A stretch of 63,118 nucleotides of DNA, the filler included, from Octopus bimaculoides (taxonomy: Eukaryota), in assembly GCF_001194135.2 (NCBI RefSeq). It is 6 parts of 5 records of this genome, joined end to end, with 100 filler letters (N's around TTAATTAATTAA, not from the genome) between each part and the next. Parts side by side here need not be neighbours in the genome. Positions count along the whole stretch, not along the records: positions 49,171 to 60,190 come from NC_068982.1; positions 60,291 to 63,118 come from NC_068981.1; 4 more parts are not named here. One strand, 5' to 3'. This document shows, one piece after another, positions 52,872 through 63,118 of this stretch; positions within the stretch are counted from its first letter, which is position 1; the number at the start of each line of letters is the position of its first letter. The notes under the pieces are model-generated. The model did no database searches and was not told where the DNA came from. It saw nothing but the letters and a program-made list of their open reading frames with translations. Both the position numbers and the translations under genes were made by a program.

Positions 52872-53241
52872 TGCACATATATATATATATCTCAAATGGA
52901 TGTGTTATAATACTATTCCACATATACAAAAACAGCCATACCAACAATCCAACATACCGCCATCATCAGCTGCCCCACGGATATCATTATGGTTTCGACA
53001 CTTGGGCAGTACCATTCAATCCGATGATGTCAACAGCACTAAAATAAATGTTGTTTGGGAACAAACAAACCAAAGAAACCACAACTTTCAAACACATTTA
53101 CCCTATGTACAACAGTATCGGTAAATGAATTAAATAAGTAAATTACAACCAACTCGTAGATACGTAACTAAACAGCGACCAATCCATTAAGTCATACAAC
53201 ATTTATAATCCCTACCGTCTTTCATAGTATAATATAAAGAT

Positions 53242-53500
53242 TGGCACTCCGTTGCTTACGACGACGAAGGTTCCAGTTGATCCGATCAACGGAACAGCCT
53301 GCTCGTGAAATTAACGTGCAAATGGCTGAGCACTCCACAGACACATGTACCATTAACGTAGTTCTCGGGGATATTCAGCGTGACACAGTGTGACAAGGCT
53401 GACCCTTTGAATTACAGGCACAACAGAAAGAGGAAGTAAGAGTGAGAGAAAGTTGTGGTGAAAGAGTACAGCAGGGTTCGCCACCATTCCCTGCCGGAGC
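53242..53500 (-). mobile_element. 5'-truncated SINE: family D middle plus tail 'F'
   Basis: Reverse complement: gctccggcaggg...ctgtactctttcaccacaactttctctcactctt (D middle), then caaagggtcagccttgtcac...gtgtctgtggagtgctcagcc...tcgtcgtcgtaagcaacggagtgcca. Confidence 0.85.
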
Positions 53501-54155
53501 CACTTTGATTCAATCAATCAATTTACACTAACTTTAATAAAACTACAACAAAGAAACATATAAACCAATGTACAATGTATCGGTATTAATAGTAAACTGC
53601 AATAACTAAAATATATGCTAAATCACGACCAATCTTGAAGTCCATAAAAATAATAATCCCACCAGTCCATAGTTACTACTACTATAAAAATAAACCTTTA
53701 TATAAATCTCTCCAGAACAAAACAAACACGATTGCAATTAATTTAACTAATAATATAATAATCATGAGTGAAATACATTATTTCCTCATTCAAAAGTTAG
53801 TAATAAAACATTACATACTCATTCATATATCACCACTACAAACTATAATATTAAATTACCAGTAACTTATAGAAACATTACATTTTATAACATGGGAACT
53901 AATAAAAGTACTTCTAATTAACTAGTATTATAAAAACTTGCTATGTTTAAAGCTAATTAAACTGTTTAAAAGATGATAAAACTCCAAGTATTAACAGTTA
54001 CATGTTTTATCAGACACGCGGTTCCATCACCAAGAATTTAAAGGACAAACTTAACTATTGATGACGTAGGGCTTAGTTACTACTTCCTCAATTGTCTCAG
54101 ACAATATTGGTGACGCAAGTAAGCAAATAACACGAATCGTAAACCTTCCAAATCC

Positions 54156-54985
54156 TTACAAATATTTGCTAAGGTGAAGACTAGATATTACCCCATATTT
54201 ATTTAAAATTTCAAGTTTCCCACCTAAACAGCGATTAAAAGTTTTAACCAATTTACTTTATTTATACCCTTGTTTTATCAAATGTCTTAACAGTTTATTT
54301 ATTCTTTCCAAAACTCTATTAGCATTATTAAAAATATTACTACATCTAACAACTTGCCCCGCAAAAAACACAATAACCAATAAAAGAAAGAATTTTACTA
54401 CTGAACCATGGCATTGAACCAAAATCTGTTTTATTATAAATGACGGTGCATATTTCATTATTATCCTTAATTACTAGATTGACATCTAAATAATTAATAT
54501 TCTGGTAGCTATAAGCTCGCTAGGGTATATTTTTCTGAGTAAAAATTCAAAGAAACTATAATTAGATATAAATATATCATCTATGTATCTGCAGCATCCA
54601 TCAAGTTGTTTAAGCAAGCCCATCTTTTTCCTAGCACATAGGTCCTTAAGAAAAATGAACTCGCATGAAGAAAGATAAAGGTCCGCTAATAAAGGGCTAC
54701 AATTGCCACCCATTGGAATTCCCTTAAACTGCTCAAACATCCTACCCACAAACATTGCAAACGAATTATTAATAATAAAATTAACCATTTCTTTCATTTT
54801 CCTTTTACTTATATTAGTATATCCCTTATAACAACAATTAGACAAGAAACGTTTACCATCCTTTAAAGATATACATTTATATCCTTTACTGAAAATAATA
54901 TCTAATATTCTAAAAATGCCATCTTCTACACATTTAAGATTTAAGTTTGTATATAGTGTCGAAAAATCATACAGATACATATAAT
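54156..54985 (-). mobile_element. Penelope-like element reverse transcriptase fragment (Naiad-like), pseudogenised
   Basis: YDFSTLYT ... GIPMGGNCSPLLADLYL ... RYIDD ... KIYPSEL (frameshift) NYLDVNL...IYNKTDF...GQVVRCS...KLLRHLIKQGYK*SKLVKTF...KYG. No C-terminal GIY-YIG follows. Confidence 0.85.
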
Positions 54986-55052
54986 AAACGCAAATGTATT
55001 TATGTATTTATATATATAAATATATATATATGTGTGTGTGTGTATGTACTAC

Positions 55053-55109
<57 letters not shown>

Positions 55110-55433
55110 CATACATATGTACTCATGTTAGTGTGCGTGTGTGTGCGTTTTATAACAGACATCAGTTGATTGAGTAGAACACCTGGAGTAGAATTTCATT
55201 GTGTAAGATATTAGCACAGGTGTAGACGTGTGATATGTGTGTGTGCGTGTGTGTGTAGGCTTACGTATATATGCGTGCAGGTATGTGTGTGCGTGTGTGT
55301 GTGTGTGAGTGCGTATGTTTGTGTATGAATGTGTGCGAAAATGAATATTGTGTAAGTTTTCATGAGAAAATTGTAAAGAGAACATACACACGCGAGAGTG
55401 AGAGAGAGAGAGAGAGAGCATATGTGTGTGTGT

Positions 55434-55540
<107 letters not shown>

Positions 55541-56118
55541 AGCAGGCAAATTAGAAATAAAAACCGTATAAACGGAGAGAGCGTATGAAACTACAGCCCC
55601 AAAGATTACGCACTTTACTGCTTGAATGCACACACCTACATACATACACACATACATACATACACACATACATACATACACACATGCATACATACACAAT
55701 CATGTTTATTTATTTGCATTCTTTTGTTGAAACCTTTCTCCTATTAGTTATTGTTATTGTTTAGCCTCCAAGGTCAATGTTTCTGGAACAGATCTATGAA
55801 ATTGTAGCCAGTCGCGCAAACTACTTTTGAGTGATCCACAGATTCATTGTTGTGTGTCGGAATTTTCATCGTTCGATACGCTTTNNNNNNNNNNNNNNNN
55901 NNNNNNNNNNNNNNNNNNNNNNNNNNNNNNNNNNNNNNNNNNNNNNNNNNNNNNNNNNNNNNNNNNNNNNNNNNNNNNNNNNNNNNNNNNNNNNNNNNNN
56001 NNNNNNNNNNNNNNNNNNNNNNNNNNNNNNNNNNNNNNNNNNNNNNNNNNNNNNNNNNNNNNNNNNNNNNNNNNNNNNNNNNNNNNNNNNNNNNNNNNNN
56101 NNNNNTGTGTGTGTGTGT

Positions 56119-56162
<44 letters not shown>

Positions 56163-57089
56163 GTGTGTGTGTGTGTGTGTATTTATAGCTAGGATATGTA
56201 CCTACCGAGATACATAATCCAATGTGACTTTTCTCATTTGAGGACGAGAGCTTTGTGGTTAGAAGTAAATTTAGCGTGATGCGGGTCAACTCAAACAACC
56301 GCTGAAAGGCAACCTGTTCACATATAGGTTTGTTTGTTGGTTCATCTTACTTGTTACTTTGTATAAGTTTAGCTTCTTTGAATATGTAGGACGCTTTGTT
56401 GATTAGCACAGGGCCATGTTGGCTAGCAGTATAGCGCTGCTTTGTCTATCATAGTACAACCATGATATATTATAGTGTTGACTTGTTGGCTTCTTAAAAC
56501 AGCTTTGTTAGTTCGTGTAAGGCTGGTCTGTTGGCTGGTAGAAGTTTTCATGTTAGCTGGTAGAGGCTACCTTCGTGGCTTGCACTGAGTGACTTGTTGG
56601 ATTAGCAGACACTGCATTATGGACTGACAAAGAGCAGTCTTGCTGATTGGTTGGGAGAAAGCAGCCATTCTAATGATACGCAGTGCATTGTTAGACAATT
56701 CCGAACTGTTAGAGGCTCTGTTTTGTCTATTTTGTTGGGTGATCGAACGCTGTTTTGTTTCTTCATAAAGGAATGCATTGATTGTATGTAGAGTTTCATA
56801 CGCTGGCTTCTATTGTAAAAATGAATTTTACCTAAGAATCTTAATAGAACCTTAATAGGTCACTGTCTCATCATGAAGACATCTATTCCTTTAAAGATTA
56901 AGACATCTGTCTAGAGTTTAGGAGTTAAGGGTACCGTATTTCACTTAAATTTCTCAAGCATGTCTTTATAAAATGCGATGATAGGCCATTATGATATGCT
57001 AAATGTAAGCTTACGGAATATTTAATTGAAAAATTCAATACATTGGTTCTTTTCTGAACAAAAGAAATGATGTTTGTGTATGTACGTGA

Positions 57090-57158
<69 letters not shown>

Positions 57159-57991
57159 TAATCCGTTCTGTATGTCTGTTTGTGCGCTTATAGTTCGAGT
57201 GTTGTTCATCTGATCGCGCTGAAATCTTAAACATGAATACATGAAAGAGTGGGGCGATCCGTAATCTATAAAGATTTTCAAAATTGTTAGTTTCAAAGTG
57301 AGAATCGCTATTTTTGTAAACGTTTTGTCCTGTTTGTTCCGCCATTAAAAGCAACGTGTTTGCTCAGACAGACGGCACATATCATTTCGCTAGCAACAAC
57401 GGGAGTACAGGATGACAATCAGCCAAAACCGTCGCTATGCTGTCTCTCTTCTTTCCTCTCTCTGCCTCTCTTATAATGTCCTATTCCACTTGAAGTTGTA
57501 TTTTTATTGTGTTAAGATTCGTTATCAATCAATTATCTTTATTTAGAAGAAACAGTCAAAAGTAACCACCGCATACAATCACCAAACATCTCCACTACTT
57601 AACACCGTCCAAGTTTGGAGTTAATAATTTTAATCTTTAGTTACAGTTTCTCATTCAAACTACATAATAGGCAGAATTGTCGGATTAAGATAGTAGGGTG
57701 TTTTGAGGGAGATTTGGCTGCTATTTCTACCAGGTCTAGGTACCATGTAGAGCTCACCCTCATTGGCTCATGCATACATATATCCATACATATATACATA
57801 AAATCGAAATAAAATACTTAAAGCAACAGTCGACAAATACAAAAGCCAAGGTCCATGCTGTGACATGGGCCAAATAAATTTCCAACTTCTTGCCTAATGC
57901 GAGACCAGAGCAATCTCTTATATCTTACACTATTTCAGTATTGCGTCTCTATTGTAATCTGAGATAATACATTCAATTTGAAAGAAGTCTG

Positions 57992-58059
<68 letters not shown>

Positions 58060-58469
58060 CTCATGCATTCCAAAACCGAGTTACAGATTTTGACGTATTT
58101 CCATTCACATATTTGCATTTCAAAAATTTAACATTATAATCTTTTCCATAAATCAACTATGGTAAACATTTTATACGTTGACTTCACATTTTCTATATGT
58201 GTGTGTACCTTAAAATACATCAATCATCACGACACACACTTTCACTCATTATATCTCTCTTTTCACTCGCTTTCTCTCCATCACACACGCGCGCGCGTCC
58301 ATTTCATATAGACGTAGATACATCTTTCACTTTCTTTCTCTGTCCTTTTCGCTTTCTCTTCTTTCAATTTCTGCCCTCTTCAAATAAATTTTTACGGAAT
58401 GAACGGGAGAAACACAGAAAAGACGTAATCTCTCCAGAAACAAGTATAAAGCAAGGAGGATTGTAAAAA

Positions 58470-59050
58470 ACTGAAGGCAAGAGTCTGAAGAGAGACGAGA
58501 TTTTCTCAAGATCAGAAAATGCATGTTGCAGCACTTAATTTTAGATCATTAAAGTTTTAATGATTAGACATAAGTCCAGTAGAATAGCTCTCAGAAACAG
58601 ACTACATACAAATTCGTTCTTCACAACTCCTGAAACTGTTTTCAGATATGATCCATCCCATTCTTATAAAAATGATAACTCTGTTCAAATTGGTGTGCTA
58701 AACTCAAATTGTCGTTTCTGTAGAGCTTTAAAATTTTCAAATGAAACAAATGGTATGTGCTGCTCAGACGGGCAGGTAACATTGTCAGCACTACAAGTTC
58801 CTTCTCAGCCTCTTATGGATCTTCTAGAAGGCACTTCTATCCAGTCAAAGGATTTTCTGAACAATATCAGACAATACAACTCTGCATTTCAAATGACACC
58901 ATTTGGTGCATCTAAGAAGATAGATAAACATGAATTTACGCCGACGTCAAAGTTCAAGGGCAAGTCAATCACCTCATTGGTTCCCTGTTACCCACAAATG
59001 AACAACTACAGTTCCTCCAAATTTACTTTATGAGTAATGTAGGACAACAA
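58470..59050 (+). mobile_element. Helitron RepHel N-terminal fragment (second, diverged copy)
   Basis: YDPSHSY...QIGVLNSNCRFCRALKF...GMCCSDGQV...PSQPL..LL...SKDFLNNIRQYNSAFQMTPFGA...PTSK, then a frameshift to GQVNHLIGSLLP...QFLQIYF. Confidence 0.9.
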
Positions 59051-59373
59051 ACTCGAAGGTGTAAAAATTTCAGTTGATGGGTCGTGTTAGACACAGCGCT
59101 GACTGCTGCAAAAGAGAGTATATCCACTGACAGGTTTTCGGCGCGTTGCAAAATCACATAACTCCCACCTCCAATATTCCATGACAGGTTAGTGCCTGAA
59201 ATACTCCGAACGGACGCATAGAATGTTGCTTAGTCGAATTAGCCCAGCATTTACTCCACAAATGTTTTGTTGTCAATGCTGCACTTTCTCATATCACCTG
59301 TTTCAACAAAACTGTAACATATTAAAAACAAACTATTGCCATTTTAATCCCGAGCAATGCCGGGTATCTCTGC

Positions 59374-59466
<93 letters not shown>

Positions 59467-59619
59467 TATATATATATACATATATATACACAGAGACATG
59501 TATGTATGTATGTACGTGCATGAGTGTTCGCAGGTGTACCCGTGTATATCGGTTAAGCATTACACTACATAAGCGCCAACAATTACATTTATTCCAAAAA
59601 TGTGGGAAACTACTAAAAT

Positions 59620-59780
<161 letters not shown>

Positions 59781-59979
59781 CTTTATACTATAGGCACAAG
59801 ACCTCAAATTTTGGGGGAGAGGACTAGCTGATGACATCGACCCCAGGGTTTCACTCTTACTTAATTCATCGACCCCGATAGGATGAAAGGCAAAGTCGAC
59901 CTCGGCAGAGTTTAATGCGGCATACAAAATACCGCTAAGTATTTTTTTTGCCCTGTGTGCTAATGATTCTGCCAGCTCA
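59781..59979 (-). mobile_element. SINE family B
   Basis: atcgaccccgataggatgaaaggcaaagtcgacctcggcaga...ccgctaagtat...tgctaatgattctgccagctc. Confidence 0.85.
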
Positions 59980-59989
59980 GGCTCTGAAA

Positions 59990-60147
59990 GGGTTTTAGTC
60001 GAAGAAATCGACGCAACGATTTATTCTTTGTAAGCCTATTACTTATTCTGTCGGTCTTTGGTCAGCATGAGGCTATAATAGAAGACACTTGCCCAAGGTG
60101 CAATGTGGCTGGAAAGGAAGCTTTTGCCACTCAGCCACATCTGTGCT
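59990..60147 (-). mobile_element. Internally deleted A+C composite SINE
   Basis: C-module sequence (ttattctttgtaagcctattacttattctgtcggtc) is joined directly to A-module sequence (tttggtcagcatgaggctataatagaagacacttgcccaaggtg) with no microsatellite. Confidence 0.75.
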
Positions 60148-60158
60148 CATAAATCCAC

Positions 60159-60190
<32 letters not shown>

Positions 60191-60715
60191 NNNNNNNNNN
60201 NNNNNNNNNNNNNNNNNNNNNNNNNNNNNNNNNNTTAATTAATTAANNNNNNNNNNNNNNNNNNNNNNNNNNNNNNNNNNNNNNNNNNNNATCTTGTACG
60301 CTCCTATATATTAAGGCGCATGGCCAAGAGGGGGGCGTATTGGGTTCCCGATCATATATTCTTCATTCCAATTCCTGCTCCGTGTGGCTTGTTGTGTCTC
60401 TGAGCAAGGATAAAGTACTTTGCTCCACGTTGTTCAGCTGTAAATGCGTTCCAAGTGTGTGATCCTTGAGTCCTTTCTCCCTGCAGCTGGCACATCCGCG
60501 ATATTCCAGTCTGCGAAGGGTAGAAGAGCCCAAGAGTGTTTCTCTCAATGCATCTAACACCATGAGAACTTAAAACAATTAGCGAAAGTATGGTTTCTGC
60601 TACCAAAACATAATTGCAAGTGACGGCTGCGACATAGTATATTAACTGTATATTCTGTTAAAGGAAGACACAGTAAAACGTTTAGCAAAATACCTTCAAT
60701 ATGTTGTTATGCAGT

Positions 60716-61032
60716 GGAGGCGCAAAGGCCCAGTGGTTAGGGCAGCGGACACGCGGTCGAGGATCGCGGTTTCTGTTCCCAGACCGGGCGTTGTGTGTGT
60801 TTATTGAGCGAAAACACCTAAAGCTTCACGAGGCTCCGGCAGGAGGTGGTGGTGACCCGTGTTGTACTCTTTCGCCCCAACTTTCTCTCACTCTTTCTTC
60901 CTGTTTCTTGAGTAAAGGTGCGATGGACTGGCGTCCCGTCCAGCTGGGGAGGGGGGAACACATACGCCATAGAAACCGTGAAACCGGGCCCATGAGCCTG
61001 GCTAGGCTTGAAAAGAGCGTAAAGAGAAAGAG
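60716..61032 (+). mobile_element. Full-length SINE family D
   Basis: Homologous to 23013. Probable TSD atgttgtt(a/c)tgc at 60701-60712 and 61033-61044. Confidence 0.92.
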
Positions 61033-62406
61033 ATGTTGTTCTGCTACTTTATGCCTATGTCGACTTTTCATCTGGTATCGATAACGATAAAATATTGGGT
61101 ACCAATTATTAATGAACTGGACTAGACTGCAAAAGGAAAAGAAAACAAAAAAGAGAAAACAGGAAAATTAAAAAAGAGTTGTGATATATCTAACTAATTG
61201 CTTTTTCTAGAGAATTTTATTTTCAAAACTTCTGGGTATATGCAATAGTCTTTCTTAGTATTTTTATATTTCTGTCCAGATTATAGTCTGAATTTCTGAT
61301 TGAAGATATTTCACTTCAATTACTAGCGTTTGGCGACAGCATGAACGTCTTAGGAGCTCAATTATTGCTTTATGTAAATTGTAGAGCTAACTGTAAGCTA
61401 CATATGAATAATGTTGCGTTTTCTGCACGATCTCTGAAATACATGTACAGAACCTCAGTTAATGAATGATATATCCTTTAACTGAGACCACTATTGCTCA
61501 TCATATACCAACCTAAATTAATTCCATTCATTCATTTCAAGCGTCTTGGAATTGCCGACGCTTACTGAAAAGTTTTTGTGAGGCAGATTCACAAGACCGG
61601 AATCCATTTCGCACCAAGTTAAACAAATACTATCCTTCGAGAAAGAAAGATCTGTCAGAATTTCTACCATCAATTTCATCTAAATTCCAAAGCAATTTTC
61701 TAATGTTTTAAACGAGTATTTCGATGTCGGTTATTTCTCCAAGTGTAAAACTCTTGGCGAATCAAGACCACATCATCGTTCTATAATGAATCAAAGCTAC
61801 TTCTTGTCATGCACATCGTTAAATATAGTTACCAGGATAAATTGTCTGAATCTCTCATGTGATATACTGGGAACTACAGAATCTAAAATGTCGAAGTATC
61901 TTAATTTTTTTCGCGCTAATTTCTTAACACAAGGGCAAAATTATATATTTTCGTTCAGACACATGCTTATATTTTCAAATTATTTTTCAAGCACATACAC
62001 ATCCCATTCTATTAAAATTATTATAGGCAGAACGTACTAAACTAAACGGACTAAACAAAATGGAACTGATATATGTATGTCTGTATATATGAGGATAAAT
62101 ATATTCTAAACGTTTTCAGCTTTAACACAGACAGACGGTTGGGGGGGGGGGTATATATCTTTACGTAAAATATTTATGCAAAATGCGACGAGCTGGCCAA
62201 TTTCATAGCAAAACCTGAAAGAATACTTTGCGGTATTTCATCCGATTTTGTTTTGAGTATAAATTTGCTTTTCATTCTTTCAGGGTGAAAGAATTACCAA
62301 ATGTGCACTGGGGACCATTGCATATATACGCAAATACACGCACACATATTTATATACATTCAATTATCTACATCAGTCTATATTTCTGTCTGTCTCTCTC
62401 TCTCTA

Positions 62407-62443
<37 letters not shown>

Positions 62444-62542
62444 TTCTCTCTCTCTCTCTTCGTATATGATGGATACATTTCCAACTTTAACATATTTGTA
62501 TAAATACTAATATATGCATGTGTGTGTGTTTGTGTGTGTAAA

Positions 62543-62846
62543 GGTGCATGGATTAATGGTTAGGGCATTCGGCTAAGGTCGTGAGTTCGATTCTCGACGA
62601 CGCATTTAGTCCTTCAGCAAGACACTTTATTTCACGTTGTTCCAGTCCACTCAGCTCGCAAAAAGAGTTGTACCAGTATTTCAAAATGGGACAGCTTTGT
62701 CATATTCTGTGTCACACTGAAGCTACCAGCGAACTGCGTTAAGAGTATGCGTGTCTGTGGAGTGCTCAACCACTTGCACATTAATTTCATAACCAAGCTG
62801 TTTCGGATCAACTGAAACCCTCGTCGTCGTAACCGACGGAGTGCCA
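62543..62846 (+). mobile_element. tRNA-derived SINE: CORE-like middle plus tail F
   Basis: gtgagttcgattctc B box; agcaagacactttatttcacgttgttccagtccactcagc; tail matches the 53242 element. Confidence 0.85.
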
Positions 62847-62890
62847 GTGTGTTTAAGTACATATGTATAGATATATATGTACACACATAC

Positions 62891-62967
62891 ATGAAAACTA
62901 AAAACATTTACCATCTATATTTCGAACCAGGTTCGAAATATAGATGGTAAATGTTTTTAGTTTTCAT
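62891..62967. repeat. Perfect 77-bp palindrome (38-bp arms, 1-nt spacer)
   Basis: atgaaaactaaaaacatttaccatctatatttcgaacc-a-ggttcgaaatatagatggtaaatgtttttagttttcat. Confidence 0.97.
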
Positions 62968-63075
62968 TCCTTTTCGAAATTATCCCTAATTTTGTGGTGT
63001 AGAGCTTTGGCTGCTCTTTCTAGAGGGTCATATGTCCTTTTATGAGCATCTCTAATGCGTATTAAATGCACACTG

Positions 63076-63118
<43 letters not shown>

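Noticed and set aside
53950-54150. SECIS or hammerhead in the 3' region of the Penelope-like RT
   Set aside because: gtga...aa...tga spacing is too short for a SECIS. The aaaacatgta motif lacks a matching upstream core, and there is no in-frame TGA in the fragment.

Overview
AT-rich, gap-ridden eukaryotic DNA. I infer an Octopus-type coleoid cephalopod from the dense microsatellites and the tRNA-derived SINE repertoire. I could not identify a host protein-coding exon; nearly all long ORFs in the track are artefacts of N runs and simple repeats. The recognisable content is mobile DNA: about 25 tRNA-derived SINE copies built from interchangeable modules, decayed LINE fragments (L1/Tx1 clade at 0.5-1.4 kb, RTE clade at 13 kb and 39.8-41.3 kb), a Penelope-like RT fragment resembling the Naiad clade (54.2-55.0 kb), two Helitron Rep-region fragments, a Helentron-type non-autonomous element, and mariner/Tc1/hAT remnants and MITEs. 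Five 100-bp spacers (44 N + TTAATTAATTAA + 44 N) are artificial assembly linkers. The most interesting signal is a set of type I hammerhead ribozyme motifs at 36.2, 37.9-38.05 and 45.4 kb. Two have palindromic helix III and a shared U4C core variant, and one has an unusual ~87-nt structured insert in helix II. They lie in the same window as the Penelope-like RT, suggesting Penelope/retrozyme-type elements. Hammerheads in such elements are known biology; the long-helix-II variant may be undescribed. All calls are by eye, with no database searches or folding software.
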